Source: Rhizodiscina lignyota (Eukaryota). From it: 64,000 nt of DNA. The notes below the pieces were generated by a model. That model did not search any database. It worked only from the letters and a program-made list of their open reading frames with translations, and had not been told where the DNA came from. The DNA is taken from assembly GCA_010015805.1 (NCBI GenBank), contig ML978123.1, positions 2,108,001 through 2,172,000 on the forward strand, given 5' to 3'. Position 1 is the stretch's first letter. Every line of letters begins with the position of its first letter. A program made the translations under genes and the position numbers. This document shows, piece by piece, positions 38,411-49,567 of this stretch.

Positions 38411-39107
38411 CTGAAAGACAGATGTGTTAGCACAATTCGGAAACTTGAGGGAGGCTGGGGTTGCTATTGACGAGGCTTCCGGTCCGCGGGAACTCATATC
38501 CATGAATTAAGAAAAAAGCAGACATGTGCTGAACAGGTGTCCCGCTCCACCGTTGCCCGTCAGTTCATGCGAGGGCGAAATCCTGCTCGTCTCATGATCG
38601 GAAGTTGGCCAACGTGAAATGGAGCGTTCTAATGTAGAAATCGTCAGAAATATGCGCCCCTAATACTCACCGGTCATGAGCGACGTTAATTAGTGGCGAA
38701 AGCTGTTTCTCTGTCCTTATGTAGGAACCGCCTATGAGAGTCATATGTGGGAGATGGATGAAGCAGCTGGACAAGTCGTCCACAATTGAACGGAGAAAAC
38801 AATCCAGTATAACATGATAGTGATCTATGAGTGCCGCCAACATGATATATCATGCCGAGAGACGAGAGTGATTCCCTGATCTTGATCTCAATCGGCAAAA
38901 CTTCGGTAGTTAAGAGCGGAGAAAATAGGCCTCCGAGGAGCTATGACCTCACGCGAATCTTCGTTTGCGGCGATAAGGTAAACATCAACCGAGCTTTCTG
39001 CTGCCTTCATTAACGCCACCTTCAACACCATAGCAACCGACCTCTTCGCGCCCTCTTCAGGTCTGCATCAGGCTCTTACCGCTCTTGCGGTCTCCATCTG
39101 ATCAATC

Positions 39108-41288
39108 ATGGCCGATGAGGACTTGGAATACCTCTCACCTGGCTTTGATCCAGCCTCACTCACTGTGCCAAAGCTACGGTCGATCCTCGTGCAATACAAT
39201 GTCGGCTACCCGTCTTCAGCAAAGAAGGCACAGCTAGTGGATCTATTCCACGAGCACGTTACGCCGCAAGCAAAGCGCATACTGAGCTCGCGCGCACGAA
39301 CTAAGCCTTCCAGCCGCGGCATCAAAGACGTGCCATCGAGCCAGGCATCAGCAGTTGATGAGGACGAGGAAGAAAACATAGTGCCCCAGCCTCTTCCAAG
39401 CACGACAGCAGGAAAACGCAAATCGCGCCGAGTCACTGCAGGACCGACTGATGTGGAGCAAGATGAGACTCAAGCGCCTGCAAGAAGAATATCGGGCAAA
39501 CATGCACGAGCTTCAGATGCAGAGACAGATGGACAACCGGTACAAAGGCGTTCGCGAAAAAGCGCGGTGACACCTGCCGCCAAACTAGAGGAGCGAGATC
39601 CGGTAGCTTGGCACAACGAAGATGGCGAGAGCCCTTTTACATCTGACAATCCTTTTCAGAGCGGAAGTTCTCCTCCCACCGAAGTTGCGCCTCCATCTCG
39701 GGACCAGAGAAGGAAAACGCTTGGTCCGATTGAACACAAAGAGAAGCGCAAGAGCAGTGCCAATCGACGGAGGACGGACAATTACACGGGCCCTCAGGCT
39801 GACGGCGCAGTGGTACCAACTTCTAAAACGTTTGAGATACCGCTGTCACACTTAAAAAAGAAACAGGAAATCGATGAAGATGATGTCGAGATCGGTGAGG
39901 AGTTTACCCCAGACGAGCAGCTCGAGCTAGTTCGTGAGCGAGCGGAGAACGGGAATCGGGACGTACTACCACCTCGAAGGCGAAAACAGGCCTCTAAAGG
40001 AGCAGGAATCGTCAAAGTAGGAACGTCTGCCTTCCTGATAGCCATGCTTGGCGGACTTGCCACGGTCTGGCGACAAGAGAAGCTGGAAGTCGGCTATTGC
40101 GGCGTCGGCCGGCCATCAACATCATTAGGTGGGGTCGAGATTCCGGAATGGGCACAAGGTCTGCAACCGCAGTGTGAACCGTGTCCGCCTCATGCGTACT
40201 GTTACGCAGATCTAAAAACAGAATGCGAGCCTGACTTCATTCTGCGACCACACCCCCTTTCTCTGGGCGGCCTTGTCCCAATACCGCCAACTTGCGAGCC
40301 GGACAGCGAAAAGTCTCGACGTGTACAAGCGGTAGCAGACCGTGCGATTGAGGAGCTTCGTGAGCGAAATGCCCAATATGAATGTGGAGAACTAAAAAAC
40401 GATCAAGGAAAAGGTGTTCCACCCGAAATCAAAGAAGAAGAGCTTAAAGAAGTTGTCTCCACGAAGCGTCGAAAAGGCATGTCACAAGAGGAATTCGATG
40501 ACCTGTGGAACGCCGCCGTGGGCGATATCCTGAACCGCGATGAGGTTATCAGCGGTACTGATGGGTGAGTCTCTACTTTGCATTGCATTGATGCACCAAT
40601 TCACCCAAACCCCCGCCGAGAACAACACCTCACTGAACATCACACTAATCAGATTCGCCGTCTCGCAAACAGACCCACAGGATCACGAACACTCGCATCC
40701 ACCTCACTCGCCCGTCTCCCCCTCTCCTGCGCCATCCGACGATCCTTCCGACAGGCGCTTGCGAGACATCTTTGGAAGCTTGTAGCTTTCCTGGTGCTTG
40801 TAGCATCTGGTGTGTACATGAGACATTCTATCACAAGCGGCAAGGAAACGGAAGAAAGAGCGAAACAACTTGCGTCGTATGCATTGGATCGTCTTGCCAC
40901 GCAGGCATCGCTGCATGCGCAAGACTCACAGTCTTTTCCGGAAGCGTACATCGGCATGGGTCATTTGCGGGATGATATACTGCGTAATGAATTTTCTGCG
41001 AGCCGGAGGACAAAGCTATGGGCGAAGGTGCAGACAAAGGTTGAGCAGAATTCTAATGTGCGTCCAATGGTTCGGGAGGGTAGGAGTGGAGACGTTGGCA
41101 GAGTATGGGAGTGGGTTGGCCCATTAACAGCAGTGGAAGATGGTCGGAGTGGCGGTAGGCGGGAAAGCTCAAGATATAGTCTTGGGGTGATGAGCAACGG
41201 CAGTGCACCAAATTCCAGCCCGATGAAGGGCGATGGCTCGGAAATAAGCGAGCTACGCAGTTGGAATGAGGGACGACCTATCTACTGA
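39108..41288 (+). CDS. SRC1: Inner nuclear membrane HEH/LEM + Man1-Src1 C-terminal domain protein; intron 40565-40672
   Basis: YLSPGFDPASLTVPKLRSILV HEH domain, FTSDNPFQSG, a TM segment, GYCG..CEPCPPHAYC..C..C, a second TM segment, then LRDDIL..W.KV..VEQNSNV..VWEW. Confidence 0.9.
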
Positions 41289-41822
41289 TGCGGTTGGTTT
41301 TTATGCAGCACGGCGCAACGATGGGTGGATTTGGTTTTGCGAACAGTCAACATGCGGCCCAGATTGTCCAGCTCTGTTCTGTATACATATGCCGGCTTCT
41401 GTAAACAGAGCAACGAATCATAATATAGTGACCATCGACTTTTCGTGAGTGATTGTGAGTCCTGCAATGACTTCACTCGCTAATGCTCCCTTGTGTAGAG
41501 AGCCACAGAGGAAAATCTTAAGATAGCTGAGCCTTCAACTACGCTCGAGTGCGGTTGAGCCGTCTTTGAGTTAACATTGGGCACGGAGCTGGAATCTCTT
41601 TAATTCGAGCCTAGGACAAGGAATTTACATTTCCCATGCGCTCGGCTTACCGGAAATGTCTTGCTATTATAACTGTACCCCTTCCATGAGCTTTTTCTTT
41701 GCTTCAATTTCAAAACGTGACCAGCAACGTGACAGCGATAGTCCGCCAGCAAATGGGTATATAGCAATTAAGCCAGAAACAAATCATAAACCAGAGAGGA
41801 CGTCAACCTCAAGCACCACCTG

Positions 41823-43177
41823 CTACTTCTTTGTGGGTCCTTTTCCCTTTGAACTCGTAGTCGCCGGCTTTTTGCGAGCTCGCTCCTTGTCGGTGGATTT
41901 GTCCGGGCCTCGTTTTCCAGACACTGTCAACTCGTCCGAAGCGAGGATGTCCTTGCTTGAGTACAGGCTCGCTCTCAAGTTGACACTGTTGTCGTAGTTG
42001 ATGCCGAGGTGGGTGTATACATCAGGCTTGTAGTAGATGCTTTGGTTTCCTTCCTTGGGAACAAGGCCGAGCGTATCGAGCGCTTGAGCAACACGCTTGA
42101 TGTCCGCCATATCAGTGAAGTCTCTCGTGTACACGCATATCACGCGCACTCCGTCGTCTTCATCTCTGTCTGTGTTGGTTGCGATTTTCGCCGTAGGTCC
42201 CAATCGATTCTCGGAGATAGCCTCACAGACCAAACGCCACACCCGCGGTACGTTGTTGCCTTTGGGGCGGAGCATCCACTTCCCAGAAAGAACCTTGCAT
42301 TCAATGGCTAGGTCTTCAATATTCTGCTTCAGAGCGTCTCTTTCTGGTTTGAGCATGCGGGTAATACTACCTGCTGGCTTCTCCGGATTGTCAGCCTGGA
42401 GGCTAGCACGATGTGAACGATAACTGTCTAGCAGCCGTTCGCCCTCTTCCTCCAGCTTCGAAATATCCGAGTGATCCTCTGAACCTTCCGCCGGCGAATA
42501 TGGGTTTGCTATCCAGATCCAAAAATATGGAGCCCATGAGATGTCCAGTGGATGAACGCGTTTCAGAAATTCAGGGACACTCTCAGAGAGCTGTCGCGCG
42601 TGCGGCCAACCTTCGAAGCCACTATGAAGATCAGTGTCCATGACGGTCGTGGTACCTCCATTTATGTGTGCAATGGCAGATGCAAGATGCCCGTCCTTGT
42701 CGTGGACTTTGATCGCTGTCGTTGGTCGTGCTTTGAACGCCATGGTGTTTAGCATTTTCGGGTGCAAAGCCCAGTATTCGCGTATGTCGCGATCTTCCTC
42801 TTGCTGTTCCCACTCGCTTTTCTCTTCTTCGTCACCTGTTCGAAGTTAGTATGCCGTGAGTGACTTGAGGATGACAAAAGTAGTGAGCCTAATGAAATGA
42901 ACAAGTGCAGAATGAATGGCCTGCTCTTCAAAGACGAGGGTGAGGATGTCTTGTGGTTTAATTTACTATGCGTTAGACAATATTTGCAAGAGTGCACGCT
43001 TGCAGCACATACAGTTTGTATTAACTGAAGATTATATGCATCCTGACTGTTCGATGTAAGGTCTGTCTCCACTCATTTCTCACACTTGAGGATGCAAACA
43101 GGGGGATGATCATACGTACCGTAGAAGCTTGACTCGTCCGATATCCACCCAGCTCCGTCCACCATGTCCTCCTTCAT
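41823..43177 (-). CDS. DUF1917 / BLES03-like (eIF4E-like fold) protein; 284-nt intron 42836-43119
   Basis: Exon 1 MKEDMVDGAGWISDESSFYG. Exon 2 has ESVPEFLKR..WIWIANP, SGKWML, W..V...LGPTAK, ICVYTRDF.D..D, YKPDVYTHLGI. Confidence 0.8.
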
Positions 43178-43340
43178 GGCTGGCGTAGTGCGAAAGAAGT
43201 CAAGGAGGAGCGAGTTACATGATGGGTTGCCACTGCCAGATTGGAGCCTAGATGCCTGAGCAGAGTTGAAACACGATCAATGCAGTTACCAGATTGGGAA
43301 GTATGATGTGCCAAGACCCGTTCTGCCGCCTTTCACCGCC

Positions 43341-43380
43341 CGCGACGCGTGAACCCAAGTCGCGTCTTCCCAAGCGCGTC
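43341..43380. promoter_or_regulatory. Cluster of MCB-like (ACGCGT/CGCG) elements in the PRI1 / DUF1917 bidirectional promoter
   Basis: ACGCGT at 43345-43350, plus CGCG cores at 43341, 43361 and 43375, 70-110 bp upstream of a DNA replication gene. Confidence 0.55.
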
Positions 43381-43449
43381 AAGGAGAGCAATATCGACGA
43401 ACTTCCGCAATACTCATTGAAGTCGAACGAGAAACGCTGAATTGTCATT

Positions 43450-45062
43450 ATGCCTCACTCGGTCACTCCAGAACCTGCTGCGCCGCAAGAAGATGTGGTC
43501 CTTCCAGATGCGCCGGCATCTACAGACACGGATTCATCAAGTGCCTCCGATGAAACGCCTGGTTCGGTGAAAGCGAACGGACCGACAGAATCTGACAAGG
43601 AAAATGTCAAGTTGGACGACATGTTTGACGATGAGGAGGATGACGAGTTCTCGTCTAGTATGCCGACGAGTACAGAAGAGCCGTCGCAAGGTGCGATGTA
43701 TGGGATTCTCTGACATATGTGCGTGCAAGGTCTAACATAGAGCAGGCCACGGGCGATATCTGCAAAGTTCTCCGACCCAGAGATAATGAGAGCATTCTAT
43801 CAACGTCTTTTTCCTTTCCGCTATTTATTCCAATGGCTCAATCATTCGCCATCACCTACGACCGACTTTGCGCATCGTGAATTCGCATTCACGCTACCCA
43901 ATGACGCGTACTTACGATATCAGTCCTTTCCCACAGCTGATCTGTAAGTGCCCTTTCGAGCCTTGGGAAGACTTGAACATGGCTGACTTTGTATTGCAGT
44001 TTACGAAAACAATGCATGCAACTGCTCCCATCCCGATTCGAAATCGGCCCAGTCTATAGCACCAATCCTCGCGACCGCAAAACTCTCCGCAAAGCCTCAG
44101 CATTTCGACCACTTGCCAAAGAGCTGGTCTTCGATATTGATATGACAGATTACGACGACATCAGAACGTGCTGCACAGGCGCTAGCATCTGCAATAAATG
44201 CTGGTCATTCATTACGATGGCGATAAAGGTCGTCGATGCTGCGCTGCGTGAGGATTTCGGTTTCAAGCACATCCTATGGGTCTACTCTGGTCGCCGTGGT
44301 GCGCACGCTTGGGTGTGCGATCGAAGGGCTCGGGAACTCGATGATAGCAAGCGGAGAGCTATTGCTGGCTACCTTGAATTGCTCAAAGGTGGCGATAAGG
44401 GGGGAAAGAAAGTCAACGTCAAGAGACCATTGCATCCGCATCTTGAGCGAAGTCTGCGAATCCTGCGAGAGCACTTCCAGTCTGACGTCCTCACTCTCCA
44501 AGACCCGTTCCTGGCTCCTGAAAAGTCATCGCATCTTCTCTCCCTGCTTCCTGATGCTGGTCTCTCTTCGGCCTTAAGTCGAAAATGGGATGCCGCTCCC
44601 AATCGCTCTTCAGCGTCCAAATGGTCCGATATTGACACTGTCGCCGAGTCTGGTGCATCCAACACGCTCGACACAAAAGCCTTGAAAGAGGCGAAGCAGG
44701 ACATTGTTCTTGAGTATACGTATCCGCGACTTGACGCTGAGGTGTCCAAGAAGCTGAACCATTTACTAAAGAGTCCATTCTGTGTGCATCCTGGAACTGG
44801 AAGAGTGTGTGTACCGATTGACGTTGAGCGAGTCGAGGAGTTCGATCCGCTGAGCGTGCCAACCGTAACGGAGTTGCTGGGCGAGATTGACTCATGGGAC
44901 ACGAACAACGGAAAAGCAGAAGACGGGAAGAAGTTGGATGACTGGGAAAAGACGAGCATGAAGGGATATGTCGATCACTTCCGAGTATTCGTCGCCACAT
45001 TACTAAAGGACGAGAAGTCTGGCAAGAGAGAAAGGGAGGGAGGTGATTCAATGGAATTCTAG
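43450..45062 (+). CDS. PRI1: DNA primase small (catalytic) subunit; 2 introns
   Basis: FYQRLFPFR, REFAFTL, PSRFEIGPVY, KELVFDIDMTDYDD.R.CC....IC.KCW, YSGRRGAHAW, YPRLD..HLLKSPFCVHPGTG. Confidence 0.96.
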
Positions 45063-45200
45063 GGGCTTGAATACTTTGTTTGGATATACCATGGGGACGG
45101 CGTTGCATTGCGCTTCTGAGCACGGTCGCGATATTTACACAGCTGCAAATCGCACTCATCAATTACTTGAAGCTGAGGTGTACTCTCAGACTAGCACCGC

Positions 45201-47085
45201 TCATTGATTCACACTTGGCCCAATGCTCTGCAGCCATTGACAATGAGACTTTTGCGTAGGAGCGACATCCTCCATTGCAGTTTCGTTCGTCTGGAACTTC
45301 AATCTCCTCCATTCGTCATCCTTCAAAGTCCATTCCTCCCAGACTGGAGTGCCTGGGAATCTGTGCACGTTTGGATCCAGAGTTCGGATGAAGCTTGTCC
45401 AATAGCCCTGGATAACCGGAATGATTCCCTTGTTTGTTGTATTATAGCTTGCCGGCGCTCCTGGACCTGCGAAGTCGTAGCTTTGTGCCCATATTGCGTT
45501 TATCTCGACCGTATGTGGGACACCTAGGCCTACTGCTACATCATGAGGGTCAAGTACATTGTAGCGATAGTTGTACGACTTATAACCGGCTTTAGTGTAG
45601 GCTTTCGAAATGTAAAGGCCGGGACATGTGTAACGCATATCACCGTATACGTTGGAGAGTTGACGATAGTAAGGCCCAGAGTTCGGAAATCTATCGTTTG
45701 TCAAGGGATACAGCTGATCTATCTTCGCGAGGTCTGCGAGTGTCAACGCGGGAAACTGATCCTTCATAAATTGGTTCGATTCTGCCAACGTCGACGTATT
45801 GGGAGGTGCGAAAGTGGCACCACCATTGGTGTCGTCACCAAAGATTGTGGGAATCTTGATGAATTTACCCTGGGCATAGGCATTGTACGGTAAATCGCGA
45901 ATCAAGTCGTTGTCAATCGTTGGTTGGTACATGTACAATGGTGGATCGGCTCCTCCAGGGAATGGAAGATTAAAGTTGACTGCTTGAAGATCCGAGGCCT
46001 TAACACTTCGAAGACACCTGAGAGTGTCTGAAGCATTCGCGCAGCTAGTTCTTATGACGAGGTTGTCGTACATATACTGGCTCGCCGAAACCGTCAGTTC
46101 AGTGGCAAATGATTGAGATTCAGCAGCGCTCCCAATGAACAGATGATCATTTCGACCACCGTAAGCCGTCTGCAAGTATGTGACAGAAGCTGCTCCGGCG
46201 CTGTCACCGCCAATAACAACGTGTTTAGGATCACCACCGAACTAATGCAATGTTAGCGTGAACAGACGCCGTAACGGACAGCCTAACCTTGCTGATATAT
46301 TTCTGCACCCACTGCAATGCCTTTATCTGGTCTTTGAGACCATTGTTCAGACTTCCACCTGCTTCAACTTCCTTACTAGCCAAGAAGCCGTATGGACCGA
46401 CTCGATAATTGAAGTTCGCGACAATGATATTCCCACCGGAAGCGTGGATGAGACCAGTTCCATTAAGGTTGGGGTTCGAGTTGGTGTTAAACCCGCCGCC
46501 TTGAATGAAGAAATATACTGGCAACTTCGAGTTTGGAGTTGCGGATGTCGGAGCGTACACGTCTATGAAAAGACAGTCCTCGGACTGTGTCTTGGAATCT
46601 GGGGGAGCTCCAGTTCCAAGGCAAATGAGTCCATGCTACGAAACTGCTAATTAGAGTTTGAAGTTCGCAGCGTGCAGAGGGAATAATACCTTATCAGCAT
46701 TCTGGACAGAATGGCTGCGAGGGGGATCTTCCGGAGCAGAAAATCTAAGCTTTCCAGTTGGAGGGGCTGCGTATCGCATCCCAAGCCTGATTTGGAATAT
46801 ATGAGCAACCGTATTATTAATCTTGTGGTACTTCTGGTCCTCACGCATGTATTACTTGGAAGCCGCTCTAGTAGGCGGAGCCGTTTGTTTGACTTTGCTT
46901 GAGAGCTCAAAACAAATCGACAGTGTCAACGTTGGTGTATGAAATCGAATGACTTACCAATCACTGATGCCATTGCCTCTGTCAGTGCCTTTATATGATG
47001 CATAGTCAAGCTGTACGAGAGTATCCCCCGCAAGCACGAAGCTTAGGAGCAGGAATGAAAATAAGAAGAGGAATATTGAACCCAT
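45201..47085 (-). CDS. Secreted type-B carboxylesterase / lipase; ~3 introns
   Basis: Signal peptide MGSIFLFLFSFLLLSFVLA, W|LGMRYAAPP, SEDCLF, QGGGF, NYRVGPYGF, GLKDQ, GDSAGA nucleophile and GVPHTVE. Confidence 0.92.
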
Positions 47086-47648
47086 TTTCGTGGCAGACAA
47101 AGAAATGTGCTTGACCTACATAGTCAGAAGTGCTTGCTCCCCTACTTAATAAATATTTCACGATTTCAAAGACATTCTGGCGGACATTTGCCCGTTCATC
47201 CTGTGTTTCCCCACTCTCCTTCAGAACTTGGCACACTATTGAAATTATAATCCTGGCGGCTAAAGTATTTCCGGAAGCTGTTGATTGTCTCAAAGATCCG
47301 GGGACGAAGCCCGTAAATGCGGAGATGGAGGGGATAGAGACGTACATAGAGGGATACGATGAAGTCACGTCAAAGTCCAGGAACGTGCCGCGCGCACGGA
47401 GTTTTTTCTGCAGCCGTCTTGTGAACGTCAAACCTGGGGGCGGGGATTTGTCCCGCCAGCCACACCTTGTCAACGATCCTGCTAAGCAGGTTCCGCAGTG
47501 GCTGGGGAGCTCCGACGTCGTCACCTCAAACAGTGATCTTCGTGTCATCTCTTCGGCCTGTCAACGTCCACTTCTCCCTGGCTCGCCATCCACTCGTTAC
47601 ATATTCGGACTTTACTGCCGCAGAGCCGCATACTGAACAACAACAAAC

Positions 47649-48318
47649 ATGCCTTCGCCTATGATCAATGCCACCCTCCAAGCGACTGCTATTTCCGCAA
47701 TATCAAACTTGCTAGCCCAGTTTATTGAAGCTTACATAGCTGAGGTGAGTCCCATGAGAGCACTCGTGTGATATGTGATGCACTGACGCGTATTATTAGA
47801 AACCATTCTCGTTCGATCCCCTCGAATTCGTTCGCTTCCTCCTTTGCACTGTCATTACTGCTCCTCCAAACTACTACTGGCAAGGATGGCTCGAGAAGAC
47901 ATGGCCTGGCTATGAGCCCGGAGCTGCTCCCACACCACCGAAGGACGATATAGAGTTGGCTGAGAAGGGCGACCGTGTCTCTGAGAAGGAGAAGGAGCAG
48001 CATCAGCTATCAAAGCCACGATTGAACAAGAGGAATACCTTCACAAAGTGGTTCGTGGACTGCATCACACTCGGAGCGATAGGGAACACTGTTGCGTTTC
48101 TTCTCATCATCGGGGTACTGAAGGGATACGACATGGCTGCCATACGAAAGAATATCAGAGAAGAGACGATTCCCATCATCGTTGCTGGCTACAGGATTTG
48201 GCCAATTGCGTCAATCATCAGCTTTACCTTCATCCCGTGGGAGCGCCGGATCGTTTTCTTCAGTGTCGTGGGACTCTTCTGGGGAATCTATATGAGCTTG
48301 ATCAGCGCACGTCTTTAA
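47649..48318 (+). CDS. Mpv17/PMP22-family membrane protein; intron 47745-47799
   Basis: SNLLAQ|..RF..PPNY.WQ.WLE..P, NTFTKWFVD..GA..NT, YRIWP..S.ISF..IP...R..F...W.IYMSL. Confidence 0.88.
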
Positions 48319-49232
48319 GTTACCGTAGAACGGTATACCACGTCAGCATCACAGGTGATGCACGACTATCACAGTGCCTTGTTGTCTCCAAATCGGACGG
48401 AACTCTCTGCAAGTTAGTTCTGTACATATTATGTTGTACGTTGGACTGCACATCGAGGCAACAAATGGGCCGCCTTTTCACGACCTGTCCACCTTGGGAC
48501 ATGTTGTGTTGCACAAGGAGGGTCAAATATCTTACCATATATATTATGGCGGTGAATCTTCAGCTTAAAAGTCCGGGTTCCTGTGGTCTCCCTCAACAGC
48601 TGCAGAAAGCAGCTAGGTTGCTGCGCCTGCATATGAGAGTAGGAGTATTTGTCCAATTTGTTGTGGGTTGCGACTGGCTTTACCTAGCGCAGTCTGTCAC
48701 GAAATAATGGAGAATTGTGGGCGTTGCTCATCAATACTTTTTGAGACATTGACATGTCTCCTGAACAAACCCGTTTGGTGAGGACATCAGCGACTCAACA
48801 AAGGCCAGTCTAAACTGTGAACTCTTCCGCTATGTTTTATCAGCATCACTCTCACCGTACTTCGTTCGAATAGGCTCTCACTCGCTCTCCAACGCAACTT
48901 GGCGAATATCATAAAGCTGATCAAATTGAGTGGTCATCATGCCTCAGAGAAAACTTGACCCCACAATTGTAAGTCGCTCCATACTTCCTCGAGTAGTTAT
49001 CGTAATGACGTGCCCATTCTAGCTCTATTGGGCTGTGCACCTCGTCAAGTGTTGCTTCCTCAATGGCACCAGCGATGAGGGGCATCCCGTGCAACTGCAA
49101 TGCGCATAGCTTCCAAGATAGTGTAAATTATCAATGGAGATTCAACGCCATAATTCTCTTGCAGATTTCGACCTATGGGTTGACATAGTCTAATGTGATG
49201 CACAAGGAGTGTATTAGCGGACTCTGTCTTCT

Positions 49233-49567
49233 CTAAATGCTAAATCGGATACACCGTTTTGACTTAAACTCTACATGTTCATCAATTTCTACGGTTCGCT
49301 TTGATATCTTCTTTGTTTCCCAACCCCAAATGACATATTCCTTTGTTTTGTCCCAGCTGCATACAATGCCCTTGTTCGTTGTAATCCAACACGAACACAG
49401 CTTCACGCTCGGCAAGAACACAGCAAGAGCGGAGTTCACCACAACAGGGATGTATTTCTTCCTTCGAAATATCGGAGGACTTTCGACATCAACCAAGTTG
49501 CCTGTGGTTTCCAAGCACTGCGGACGATCAGATCACTTGCAGCACCACTGTCAAGTAACCATGCCGG
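49233..49567 (-). mobile_element. Probable degenerate Ty1/copia retrotransposon fragment
   Basis: Minus-strand WLLDSGAASD (49561-49532) resembles the copia protease motif. A nearby frame gives KGIVCSWDKTKEYVIWGWETKKISKRTVEIDE, resembling the post-integrase SH3-like segment. No LTR or RT was seen. Confidence 0.4.

Noticed and set aside
31130..46480. GGTTCGA (tRNA T-loop-like) words near 31132 and 46473
   Set aside because: Both lie inside protein-coding exons with no cloverleaf around them.
47006..47636. Overlapping 168-180 aa ORFs in the carboxylesterase/Mpv17 divergent spacer
   Set aside because: No family motifs, and the region is needed as promoter/UTR for two well-supported genes.
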